Shown: positions 15,512-23,793 of the stretch, in pieces | How positions within the stretch are numbered: the stretch's first letter is position 1 | How the letters are laid out: every line of letters starts with the position of its first letter | From: Gemmata obscuriglobus | GTDB taxonomy: Bacteria > Planctomycetota > Planctomycetia > Gemmatales > Gemmataceae | Direction: 5' to 3' | Length of the DNA stretch: 32,000 nucleotides | NCBI RefSeq assembly: GCF_008065095.1 | Contig: NZ_CP042911.1 | Location: forward strand, 8,130,001 to 8,162,000 | Notes under the pieces: generated by a model | Told to the model about the DNA's origin: nothing | Databases searched by the model: none | What the model saw: only the letters and a program-made list of their open reading frames with translations | Position numbers and translations under genes: made by a program

Positions 15512-16900
15512 TTATTTCTCCGGCACGACCGGCGCCATGGGGATCATTGGCGCGCTCGGGATGGGGCTCACCGGCGGGCCGAGGATGCCGGTTCCGGCAT
15601 TACGACCGGTGTCGGTAAGGGCCGTTCCGGAGCGGTACTTCGCGCCCTCGCCGGGCTCGTACCCGGGGGGCGTGATCCGCCAGTTCGGTCCCGACTGCGC
15701 CGACTGCGCCGACTGCGCCCACTGCGCGCCCGCACAGAACAGCCGCGACATCTCTTTCGGGTCGAACTTGGTGCTCTCGAGCGGCGAGTTGATCTCGGGC
15801 GGTATCACGGACACGTTGTACGTCATCCCGGTCATCGCGGTGAGCAGGAACAGCTTGTGCAGGTCACTGCGGGTCTGGTCGTAGATGACCGTCGACACCG
15901 CGTTGCTCGCGATCGCGAACGTGCGCGGCTTCACCGGGGACGGGTCCGGGTACAGCTTGCCCGCCACCAGGATGTACAGGTTCGAGCCGTGCAGCCAGCC
16001 CGGCGGCGGCTCGTGCCCGGGCGGCGCGTACGGCGGGGCGAAGAACATCGACGACGTGGTGCCGCCGTCGATGTGCCGCTCCACGTACCGCCGGCCGTCC
16101 ACGGTCATCGGGATGCGCACCGGCGGGAAGAACCCCGGGATCGCGGCCGAGGCGAGGAGCACCTTGCGGAACAGCTCGCGGCTCTCCGGCGTGTTGCGCG
16201 CCGCGATCGCCCCCATGTCCCACACGACCGCCCGGCGCGCGTCCAGGTCCGTGGTGCCGACGTAGTACCGCCGCCCCTTCGCGTGCTCCGCCGCGAACCG
16301 GGCGATCCGCTCGTCGTTCGCCGTTCGCTCGATGACCTGCGCCAGCGGGCCGCTGTCCGCCAGCGACTCGGACAGCAGCGACGGGATGATCCGGTTCCGC
16401 TTGTAGATGTCCCGGTCGCGGAGCGTAGTGTAGCACCGCTGCAACTCGGCGTCCTCGCCCGGCCCCAGGAACGCGAACGCGCCGAGCAGCGCGCCGGTGC
16501 TGATCCCGGTCACCACATCGAACTCGGGGCGGGTGCCGGTCGCGGTCCAGCCGACGAGCACGCCGGCCGGGTATGCGCCGTAGGAGCCGCCCCCGGTGAC
16601 GACGAGAATGTTCCGCTTCGGGGACGGGACCGCCGGCCGCGCCGCGGCGCGCGACTTTTCGGCGAACGCGAGCAGCTCCGCGGTGCTGATCGTGCTGCGC
16701 CCGGCCTCCTGGGCCGCGACGTCCAGCCACCCGACGGACGCCTTCAGTTCCTCTCTGGTGCGCTCGGCGCGCACGCCGTGCTTCCGGAACGGCGCGAGCC
16801 GGTCCCCGACGGTGCTCGGGCTGGAGCACCCGAGCGCGACGGCGAGCAGCGCCAGCGCAAGAGCGAGCGCCGGCCCCGGCCGCGTGAACGTGCGAACCAT
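15512..16900 (-). CDS. Patatin-like phospholipase, predicted lipoprotein
   Basis: The ATG at 16900 is preceded by GGGGGAAG. The signal peptide with lipobox is MVRTFTRPGPALALALALLAVALGC. Patatin motifs are present: VVTGGGSYGAYPAG (oxyanion Gly-rich), GISTG (GxSxG nucleophile) and HIDGG (catalytic Asp). The low-complexity C-terminal tail includes SAQ repeats. The ORF track extends to an upstream start at 16942. Confidence 0.88.
   Translation of the reverse strand: MVRTFTRPGPALALALALLAVALGCSSPSTVGDRLAPFRKHGVRAERTREELKASVGWLDVAAQEAGRSTISTAELLAFAEKSRAAARPAVPSPKRNILVVTGGGSYGAYPAGVLVGWTATGTRPEFDVVTGISTGALLGAFAFLGPGEDAELQRCYTTLRDRDIYKRNRIIPSLLSESLADSGPLAQVIERTANDERIARFAAEHAKGRRYYVGTTDLDARRAVVWDMGAIAARNTPESRELFRKVLLASAAIPGFFPPVRIPMTVDGRRYVERHIDGGTTSSMFFAPPYAPPGHEPPPGWLHGSNLYILVAGKLYPDPSPVKPRTFAIASNAVSTVIYDQTRSDLHKLFLLTAMTGMTYNVSVIPPEINSPLESTKFDPKEMSRLFCAGAQWAQSAQSAQSGPNWRITPPGYEPGEGAKYRSGTALTDTGRNAGTGILGPPVSPIPSAPMIPMAPVVPEK
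15692..15727. repeat. In-frame 9-bp tandem repeat, about 4 copies of cgactgcgc (last copy with 1 mismatch)
   Basis: It encodes AQSAQSAQSAQ in the C-terminal tail of the patatin-like protein on the minus strand. Confidence 0.85.
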
Positions 16901-16992
16901 TGTTGCTTCCCCCAAGAACGCGGGGGATAGCGTCGCCCGCACCGGACCGCAAGCGCCGAGTTGCGGTTTCCGGAACTCCCGACACGGCGGCC

Positions 16993-17541
16993 TTACGCTT
17001 TCGGCGGCTCGATGCCAAAGTCCCGGATGGTGAACAGCGGGCGGAAGTCGTACTTCGCGAGGGCTTCACGCGCGCCCTGGAGCCGGTCGCAAATGCACAC
17101 CACGCGGAGCACCGTTGCCCCCTTGGCCTCCACCGCCTCGATCGCTTGGACCACGCTGCCGCCGGTCGTCAGCACGTCGTCGATCACCACCACCTTGTCG
17201 CCGGCGTTGACCTGCCCCTCGACGAGTTCCTTGGCGCCGTGCTCTTTAGCCTTCTTGCGCACGAAGAACCCTTCGAGGTGCCGGCCGTTCCGGTGGAACG
17301 CCGTCAGCGCCGCCGCGGCCATCGGGATCGCCCCGACCTCCAGACCGCCCATCGCCTGGAACTCGAGGTCCTTGGTCGCGTCGTAGAGCAACTCGCCGAG
17401 CAAGGTCAGCGCCTCGGCGTGGAACAGCACCTTCTTCGAGTTCACGTAGTACGTGCTCTTCTTGCCGGACGCGAGCGTGAAGTCCCCGAACTGGAGTGCG
17501 CGGGCGCGGAACAGCTCTTTCAGTCGATCCTGTGCGGACAT
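16993..17541 (-). CDS. pyrE: Orotate phosphoribosyltransferase
   Basis: The 182-aa product from the ATG at 17541 is MSAQDRLKELFRARALQFGDFTLASGKKSTYYVNSKK..., with the PRPP-binding motif DKVVVIDDVLTTGGS. The upstream part of the 351-aa ORF is Arg/Gly-rich non-coding-like sequence. Confidence 0.9.
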   Translation of the reverse strand: MSAQDRLKELFRARALQFGDFTLASGKKSTYYVNSKKVLFHAEALTLLGELLYDATKDLEFQAMGGLEVGAIPMAAAALTAFHRNGRHLEGFFVRKKAKEHGAKELVEGQVNAGDKVVVIDDVLTTGGSVVQAIEAVEAKGATVLRVVCICDRLQGAREALAKYDFRPLFTIRDFGIEPPKA

Positions 17542-17558
17542 TCTTCTCCCCGTTTGTG

Positions 17559-17903
17559 TTAGCCCAGTGCGTCGATCTTGGCCGCCACGATGAAGTCGTT
17601 CGCCGACAGCCCGCCGATCGCGTGCGTGCTCAGCTCGACCGCGGCGTGCCGGTAGCCCGTCAGGTGCAGGTCCGGGTGGTGGTCCTCCGCCTCGGCGAGG
17701 TCGGCGACCCGGTTCAGGAACGCCATCGCGGACGCGAAGTCCGTGAACTTGTACTTCCGGCGGATCAGCTTGCCGTCGTCCGAGAGCGCCCATCCGGGGA
17801 CGGCCGCAAGGTGCGCGGCCACCTGGTCCGCGGCGAGCGGGGGCGTGCCGCCCTCGCACGCGGTACACTTCTTGGCGGTCAGTTCGGCGGCGGATACGCT
17901 CAT
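17559..17903 (-). CDS. 4a-hydroxytetrahydrobiopterin (pterin-4-alpha-carbinolamine) dehydratase
   Basis: 114 aa with W.L....L.R.Y.F..F..A..F, EAEDHHPDL and THAIGGLSANDF, characteristic of the PCD/DCoH family. Confidence 0.88.
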   Translation of the reverse strand: MSVSAAELTAKKCTACEGGTPPLAADQVAAHLAAVPGWALSDDGKLIRRKYKFTDFASAMAFLNRVADLAEAEDHHPDLHLTGYRHAAVELSTHAIGGLSANDFIVAAKIDALG

Positions 17904-17987
17904 GGGAAGCTCCCCTGAACGGGCGAGTTGGTGTCCATCTTACGCCGCGACCCGCGCCGCGCCGAACCCTTTCCCACAGAGCGACCC

Positions 17988-19187
17988 ATGACACGCACGC
18001 TGCCCGTACTTGCGCTGTTGCTCGCGACCCCGCTGATCGCACACGCACAGAAGGTCGAGGTGACCGGCGGTAAGGCCGATGCGGCCGACGCCGTCGTGGT
18101 CGCGCCGCTGCCGGCCGGCTCGAACGCCAACTCGGTTACGCTGCCCGACGGCCTGCACGTCCCGGCCCAGGCCACCGCCGACGGCAAGTCGCTGGTGTTC
18201 GTCCTGCCGAAGCTCAAGGGTGGCGAAACCGTCACCGCTACCCCGACGATGCTCAACTACGTCAAGGCGCCCCCGCAGTTCAAGTTCGCCACTGAGAAGG
18301 ACGGCACGACGGTCCTGTCGTTCGACGGCCGCAAGGTGCTCCAGTATTTCAACCTGCCGCGCGACCCGGCCAACCACTACTACACGTTCAAGCCGTTCCA
18401 CAACGTCTACGACCCGGCGAAGGGCGAGGTCCTGCTGACCAACACGAGTGCGAAAAGCGACAAGGACGGCCAGTTCCCGCACCACCGCGGGCTGTTCTTC
18501 GGGTTCAACCGGATCAGCTACGGCGAGAAGCAGACCGCCGACGTGTGGCACGGCACCAACGGCGTGTTCTCGCAGCACGACAAGATGCTCGCGACCGAAG
18601 CCGGTGAGGTGTTCGGCAAGCACGTCTCGCAGATCTCGTGGCACGGCAAGGACGGCGCCACCTTCGCGACCGAGGAGCGCGCGGTCACGGCCTACGCCGC
18701 CAAGAGCGGTACGCTGATCGACTGGTCCACGACGCTCTCCACCACGCTCGCGAAGGTGCGGTTGGACGGCGACCCGCAGCACGCCGGGTTCCACTTCCGG
18801 GCCAACCAGGAGGTGTCGAAGAACGGTAAGGAGAACACCTATTACCTGCGCCCGGACGGCAAGGGGAAGGTGGGCGAGACGCGGAACTGGGAGCCGAAGG
18901 CGAAGGAGCCGAATCCGAAGACGATCAACCTCCCCTGGAACGCGTGCAGCTTCGTGACCGGCGGGAAGCGGTACACGGTGGTCCGCATCAACCACCCGGA
19001 CAACCCGAAGGAGACGCGCGGCAGCGAGCGCGACTACGGCCGGTTCGGGGACTACTTCGAGTACGACCTCACCGCGGACAAGCCGCTGAAGCTCAAGTAC
19101 CGGGTGTGGGTGCAGGAAGGGGAAATGACCGTCGAGCAGTGCGCCGCGCTGGCCGAAGGGTTCGTTCACCCGCCCGTGGCAAAGTAA
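17988..19187 (+). CDS. Secreted PmoA-like (DUF6807-type) protein
   Basis: The ATG at 17988 gives the signal peptide MTRTLPVLALLLATPLIAHA. Later come DGQFPHHRGLFFGFNRISYG...ADVWHG and GDPQHAGFHFRA, which I recall from the Planctomycete PmoA/DUF6807 family. The family call is from memory. Confidence 0.7.
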   Translation: MTRTLPVLALLLATPLIAHAQKVEVTGGKADAADAVVVAPLPAGSNANSVTLPDGLHVPAQATADGKSLVFVLPKLKGGETVTATPTMLNYVKAPPQFKFATEKDGTTVLSFDGRKVLQYFNLPRDPANHYYTFKPFHNVYDPAKGEVLLTNTSAKSDKDGQFPHHRGLFFGFNRISYGEKQTADVWHGTNGVFSQHDKMLATEAGEVFGKHVSQISWHGKDGATFATEERAVTAYAAKSGTLIDWSTTLSTTLAKVRLDGDPQHAGFHFRANQEVSKNGKENTYYLRPDGKGKVGETRNWEPKAKEPNPKTINLPWNACSFVTGGKRYTVVRINHPDNPKETRGSERDYGRFGDYFEYDLTADKPLKLKYRVWVQEGEMTVEQCAALAEGFVHPPVAK

Positions 19188-19224
19188 AGGCAGATCGGCC
19201 ACAAAAAGCACAGAACAAAGGCAG

Positions 19225-19357
19225 ACTGGCCACAAAAAAGCACAAAGGGCACAAAAGGAAAGCGAAGACCAAGACAATAGACAAGTGCGTTTGAACTCAC
19301 TCTATTGTCTTGGTCTTCGCTTTCCTTTTGTGCCCTTTGTGCTTTTTTGTGGCCAGT
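19225..19357. terminator. 57-bp perfect inverted repeat (arms 19225-19281 and 19301-19357, 19-nt loop) between convergent genes; probable bidirectional terminator or palindromic repeat element
   Basis: actggccacaaaaaagcacaaagggcacaaaaggaaagcgaagaccaagacaataga is the exact reverse complement of tctattgtcttggtcttcgctttccttttgtgccctttgtgcttttttgtggccagt. A partial direct copy of the outer arm lies at 19197-19221. The region is AT-rich relative to its surroundings. Confidence 0.75.
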
Positions 19358-19394
19358 TTCTCTTCATGCCTTCGTTTTTGGTGACCGATTCGTG

Positions 19395-20570
19395 TCAGCT
19401 CTCGGTCTTCGCGGCAGCTTCGAGCAGCCGGATGATCTCTTCGAGCCGCAGTTGGATGTCGTGAAACCGCTCGCCGGCCGCTTCTCGCACCAGCGACATC
19501 ATCCCGTCGAGCAGCGCGTCCCGCTTCTTCGCCGGCGCAAACCCCATGTCGCGGTACATCCGCTTCGCGTGCTTCAGCGGGGTCGTCTTTTCGTCCGGGT
19601 TGGGCAGGTTCGGGTCCGCGCCGAACGCCAGCAACCGCCGCACCTCTTCCACCTCGATCTGGTCCACCGAGATCCACAGCGGCGGGTACTCGTCCTCGCC
19701 GAGGGCGTTGATGTCGGCGCCCCGCGCGACCAGCTCGCGCGCGAGGGGCTCGTCGCCCGTGAGGATCGCTTCGAGCAGCAGGTCGTGCGGCGACGGGACG
19801 TACTCCTCCTGTTCGGCCTCGCTCTCGGGCTCGTCCGATTCGAGCAGGTCGTACAGGCCCTCCCACGAGGTCCAGTGCGCCTCGCGCGTGTCGGGCGCGT
19901 AGGTCACCACCATCCCGTGCTCGTCCTGCCAGTCGGATTCGAGCAGGAACACGAGGTGCGCGAACCCGTTCCGGGCCTCGCGGGCGATGTCCACCCGCGT
20001 GACCGCGAACCGGCCGCTCAGGTCCGCGACGGTGGCCGCGGCTTTGATCCCGGCTACCTGGCGCCAGTGCTCCTGCTCGTACGCGCTCTGGAACGACTCC
20101 CACACCTGCGCGACCACGGCGTCGTACACCGCGGCTTCGTTGTCGCACAGGAACCGGTACGACTCCTGTTGAGCGGGCGAGGGCTCGGCCCCGCCGGGGG
20201 CGGCGACGCGCACCGGGAACCGCCCCTTCGCAAACAGCGCCGCGTTCTTCTCGCGCCGGGCGGCCCGGCGCTGCTCGCGCTCCTGGTCCTTGGGGTCGGA
20301 CTCGGCGGGCGCCGGTTCGGGCGCCTCGGCCGCGCGGTCGAGTTCGGCGAGCGCCTGGTCCACCCGTTCGCCGAACTGCGCCCGCATCTGTTCCTTCATC
20401 GCCTCCAGCGCCGCGCTCATGTCGGCGGCCATCCGGACGGCCTCTTCCTCCGTGAGCGGCGCGGGTTCGGGCATCTGACCCACGGCCGCGAACCGCGGCA
20501 GCCCGGCGGACCCGGCCCACGACTCGTCGGCTTCCTTGAACCGCAGTTTGCCGAACACCTCGTGCGTCAC
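19395..20570 (-). CDS. Ankyrin-repeat protein with an N-terminal/central domain resembling DUF6985-type immunity-like proteins
   Basis: The GTG at 20570 is preceded by GGAG (cgcggagtgagcccGTG). The product is 391 aa. The C-terminal ankyrin repeats are LLLEAILTGDEPLARELVARGADINALGE...PLWISVDQIEVEEVRRLLAFGADPNLPN...TPLKHA. The central segment LVFLLESDWQDEHGMVV resembles the WD.EHG signature I associate with DUF6985. There is an alternative ATG at 20474. The ORF upstream of 20570 overlaps the divergent WD40 gene and looks non-coding. Confidence 0.7.
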   Translation of the reverse strand: MTHEVFGKLRFKEADESWAGSAGLPRFAAVGQMPEPAPLTEEEAVRMAADMSAALEAMKEQMRAQFGERVDQALAELDRAAEAPEPAPAESDPKDQEREQRRAARREKNAALFAKGRFPVRVAAPGGAEPSPAQQESYRFLCDNEAAVYDAVVAQVWESFQSAYEQEHWRQVAGIKAAATVADLSGRFAVTRVDIAREARNGFAHLVFLLESDWQDEHGMVVTYAPDTREAHWTSWEGLYDLLESDEPESEAEQEEYVPSPHDLLLEAILTGDEPLARELVARGADINALGEDEYPPLWISVDQIEVEEVRRLLAFGADPNLPNPDEKTTPLKHAKRMYRDMGFAPAKKRDALLDGMMSLVREAAGERFHDIQLRLEEIIRLLEAAAKTES

Positions 20571-20726
20571 GGGCTCACTCCGCGGGCGATCGCGTTTCAG
20601 GCACCAGGGGCGACACGATTCAGGATAGCGATTTCGTTCGCCCGCGAACCGGTCCGCGCTGGCACGAGTTGTGTTGTAGAGTGCTGGTTGGGCACCGCCG
20701 CAGCGGGGACCGGACAGGGGGCAGCC

Positions 20727-21677
20727 GTGAACGCGCAACTCGAAACCGCAAAAACGATTGTGGCCCTGAAGGGGCACACGGCCGGAGTCCTCGCCCTCGC
20801 CTTCTCTCCCGACCGGTGCCTGCTCGCCTCGGCCGCCGCCGACGGGACCGCCCGCGTGTGGAACGTGTCCGGCTCGAAGGTCGGCGAGCGCTCCGTGTTG
20901 CGTAAAGCCGGGGACCTGTTCCATTCACTCGCGTTCGCGCCCAACAGCCGCACCCTGGCCGTCGGGTCCGGGGCGCTGAACGGCATGGTCTGGCTGTACG
21001 ACGTTACCGATCCGATCGCGGTCGAGGCGGGCGTGCTCCGCGGGGCGCGCGGGGCGGTCGACGGTTTGTGCTTTTCCGCGGACGGCAAGCAAGTGGCCGG
21101 AGCGGGCGCGGACCGGACGGTGCGCGTGTGGGAACCGCGGGCCGGTGCGAGCGCCGACCCGCGGGCGATGCTCGTCGGTCACGCACACGCGGTGAAGGCG
21201 GTCGCGTTCACACCCGACGGTACCGGGCTGGCGACGGCGGCGTGTGACGGCTCGGTGCGCGTGTGGTCGGTCGGGCGCATCCGTTCGACCGAGCGGGCGG
21301 TGCTATCGCACCCGAGCGAAGTGAACGCGGTCGCGTACTCGGCCGATGGCAAGACGCTCGCCACGGGCGCCCAGGACGGCGTCATCCGGTTGTGGGACGT
21401 GGCCGCACTCAAGCCGATCGTGCGGGCCGAGCTGAAAGGAACGGTTGGGGCGGTACGCGCGGTACTGCTTTTGGCTGATGGCGACACGCTGGTGAGCGCC
21501 GGCGACGACCTCCGGGTGCGCAACTGGAGCCTCCGCACCGGGAAACCGGTGCGCGAGTGGGAGGTGCCGGGCGAGTCGGCCACACGGTTCGCGTTCACCG
21601 CGGACGGCCGGTACATGGCGAAGGGCGAGGCCGGCGGGGCGGTCGAACTGTTCCGGGTCGCGGAGAAAAGGACGTAG
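20727..21677 (+). CDS. WD40 repeat protein (about 7 blades, 316 aa)
   Basis: Repeated GH....V..LAFSPDG....A.DGT.RVW units are present (GHTAGVLALAFSPD, ARVWN, VRVWE, GHAHAVKAVAFTPDG, VRVWS, IRLWD, VRNWS). GTG start at 20727, with an alternative in-frame TTG at 20688. The long upstream part of the 790-aa ORF is antisense to the ankyrin gene. Confidence 0.8.
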   Translation: MNAQLETAKTIVALKGHTAGVLALAFSPDRCLLASAAADGTARVWNVSGSKVGERSVLRKAGDLFHSLAFAPNSRTLAVGSGALNGMVWLYDVTDPIAVEAGVLRGARGAVDGLCFSADGKQVAGAGADRTVRVWEPRAGASADPRAMLVGHAHAVKAVAFTPDGTGLATAACDGSVRVWSVGRIRSTERAVLSHPSEVNAVAYSADGKTLATGAQDGVIRLWDVAALKPIVRAELKGTVGAVRAVLLLADGDTLVSAGDDLRVRNWSLRTGKPVREWEVPGESATRFAFTADGRYMAKGEAGGAVELFRVAEKRT

Positions 21678-21744
21678 CTTCCCGTTCGTGCGGAGAATGT
21701 TAAAATGGAGGCGCGTACAGAACTTTTCGGCGGAGGCGCGTACC

Positions 21745-22086
21745 GTGGCCAAAGACCCGCTCGACCCACAGCGCTGCGCGAAGCTGCTCTCCGCACTCGC
21801 GGCGCCGGAGCGGCTGAAGATCGTTCGGTTCCTCGCGGACGGCCCGCAGAACGTGACCGCGATCGCTGATATGCTGCGGCTCAAGAACGTGGTGAACGTG
21901 TCGCACCACCTCAGCGTACTGAGAAACGCGAACCTGATCCGCGGCAAGAAGATCGGCCGGTTCGTGCTGTACTCGCTCCGCCCCGGGGTGCTCGAAGACG
22001 CCGTCGAAGCCGGCGTCCCCAAGGACGCGCTCAACCTCGGCTGCTGCCGCATCGAGATGCCCAACTGCCGCACCGAGGTGGAGTAG
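21745..22086 (+). CDS. ArsR/SmtB family transcriptional regulator
   Basis: Winged-helix core: LSALAAPERLKIVRFLADGPQNVTAIADMLRLKNVVNVSHHLSVLRNANLIRGKKIGRFVLYSL. The C-terminal Cys cluster is LGCCRIEMPNC. The GTG at 21745 has GGAGG 8 nt upstream. Alternative in-frame starts are at 21688 and 21697. Confidence 0.8.
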   Translation: MAKDPLDPQRCAKLLSALAAPERLKIVRFLADGPQNVTAIADMLRLKNVVNVSHHLSVLRNANLIRGKKIGRFVLYSLRPGVLEDAVEAGVPKDALNLGCCRIEMPNCRTEVE

Positions 22087-22089
22087 AAG

Positions 22090-22190
22090 AAGAGTGTTCA
22101 CCGCAGAGGGCGCAGAGAGAAAACAGAGAACGATCATTTGTTCTTGTGTTCTCTCTGCGCCCTCTCGTGCCCTCTGCGGTGAACACTCTT
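22090..22190. terminator. Imperfect about 40-bp palindrome filling the gap between convergent genes; related in motif to the 19225-19357 element
   Basis: The left arm is aagagtgttcaccgcagagggcgcagagagaaaacagagaac. The right arm is gttcttgtgttctctctgcgccctct(cgtgccctct)gcggtgaacactctt, with a 10-nt internal duplication. Confidence 0.7.
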
Positions 22191-22194
22191 TACC

Positions 22195-23613
22195 TCACAC
22201 CGGCACCACGTCGCCACGCACGGGGATTTCGACGTCCGCAAACCCGACCCCTCTCAATCCCTCTGCGAGCTTGGCCGCCCGCTCGGGGTCGCCGTGGACC
22301 AGCCGCACGCGGGCGGTGGAACCGGCCAGCGGGCCGAGCATCCGCAGCAGGTCCGGGTGGTCGGCGTGGCTGGAGAGCCCGTTCAGCACGACGACCTCGG
22401 CCTTCAACGGGCACAGGCGGCCCAGGATGCGCACCTCCGGCCGCCTCTCGACGAGGCGGCGGCCGAGCGTGTCCGCGGCCTGGTAGCCCGCGATGAGGAC
22501 GGTGTTCCGCGCGTCGCCCAGCGCGTGCTTCAGGTGGTGCTGCACGCGCCCGGCCTCGCACATGCCGCTCGCGGAGATGATCACGCACGGGCGGTCGAAC
22601 CGGTTCAGCTTAACGCTCTCGTTGACCGTCTCGACGTAGCGGACGTGCTTCTCGCCGAACAGGTCCGGGTGGGCGCCGAGCAGCGCGAGCGTCTCGTCGT
22701 CGAAGCACTCGGTGTGTGCGCGGAACACCTCGGTCGCGCGCGACGCCATCGGGCTGTCCACGAAGATCGGCAGCGCGGGCAGCTTGCCGGCGGAAATAAG
22801 CTGGTGCAGGAAGTACACGACCGTTTGCGTGCGGCCCACCGCGAACGCCGGGATGACGACCCGCCCGCCGCGCTCGACCGTCTGCCGCACCACCGCGCCG
22901 AGCTTGTCCGCCGTCTCGTCGACGTGCTCGTGGGTGTGGCCGCCGTAGGTGCTCTCGGTGATGAGCAGGTCGCAGGGCGGGATCGGCTCCGGGTCGCGCA
23001 GGATGGGCAGCCCCGGGCGGCCGATGTCTCCGGTAAAGGTGACGCGGCGCTCACCGGCGGGGCCGCCGATCCGCAGGTGAACGGTGGCCGAGCCGAGCAG
23101 GTGACCGGCGTCGGCGAAGGTGACCTCAATGCCCTTGCCGATGTGGAACGGCTTCCCGTACGGAACCGCCTGCATCTTGGTGAGCGTGCGGTACACGTCC
23201 CGGGCGTCGTAGAGGGGTTGCACCTTCGCGTCGCCGCGGTCCCGCTTCTGGTTCAGGTAGTTGGCGTCCTCTTCCTGGATCTTGGCGGCGTCGCCGAGCA
23301 TGACCGCGGCCAGCGCGCGGGTGGCCGGGGTGCAGTAGATCGGACCGGCGAACCCCCTGCGCACGAGGTTCGGCAGGTTCCCGCAGTGGTCCACGTGCGC
23401 GTGGCTGAGTACGACGGCGTCGATGTCGCGGGTGCGGAACGGAAAGTCGCGGTTGCGGGCGTAGCTTTCGGCTCGCTTGCCCTGAAACAGCCCGCAGTCG
23501 AGCAGGAGCGTTTTGCCCGCGGCGTCGAGCCGGTGCATGGACCCGGTGACGGTCTGCGCGGCGCCCCAAAAGGTGACCTGCGGTTCCGGCTGCGGTTCTG
23601 TCACTTTGGCCAT
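22195..23613 (-). CDS. MBL-fold metallo-hydrolase with beta-CASP/RNA-specificity domain (RNase J/CPSF-like)
   Basis: The ATG at 23613 gives MAKVTEPQPEPQVTFWGAAQTVTGSMHRL...LLLDCGLFQG. It carries the HxHxDH motif LSHAHVDHCGNLP, then TESTYGGHTHE, and C-terminal LSSHADHPDL. Confidence 0.9.
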   Translation of the reverse strand: MAKVTEPQPEPQVTFWGAAQTVTGSMHRLDAAGKTLLLDCGLFQGKRAESYARNRDFPFRTRDIDAVVLSHAHVDHCGNLPNLVRRGFAGPIYCTPATRALAAVMLGDAAKIQEEDANYLNQKRDRGDAKVQPLYDARDVYRTLTKMQAVPYGKPFHIGKGIEVTFADAGHLLGSATVHLRIGGPAGERRVTFTGDIGRPGLPILRDPEPIPPCDLLITESTYGGHTHEHVDETADKLGAVVRQTVERGGRVVIPAFAVGRTQTVVYFLHQLISAGKLPALPIFVDSPMASRATEVFRAHTECFDDETLALLGAHPDLFGEKHVRYVETVNESVKLNRFDRPCVIISASGMCEAGRVQHHLKHALGDARNTVLIAGYQAADTLGRRLVERRPEVRILGRLCPLKAEVVVLNGLSSHADHPDLLRMLGPLAGSTARVRLVHGDPERAAKLAEGLRGVGFADVEIPVRGDVVPV

Positions 23614-23793
23614 GTCACCTTCGGACGGGTGCGACAAACGCGGGCGCCTGTGTGCAGCATACCCCGCGGCGGCCGGCTCCTGTAAGGGCAATCCAGCCGC
23701 CGGTGTGGTAATGTGCTGTCGGCCGAGGGGTGTTCACGCCGCGGCATGAGGCACGCGGCGCGTGCTGGAACCAACAGACGGCGAGAGGCGCGA

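Noticed and set aside
15512-16900. Patatin phospholipase as a possible effector of a cyclic-oligonucleotide (CBASS-like) defence system.
   Set aside because: There is no cyclase/nucleotidyltransferase or other signalling gene adjacent. The neighbours are pyrE and a pterin dehydratase. The protein also has a lipoprotein signal peptide, unlike cytoplasmic CapV-type effectors.
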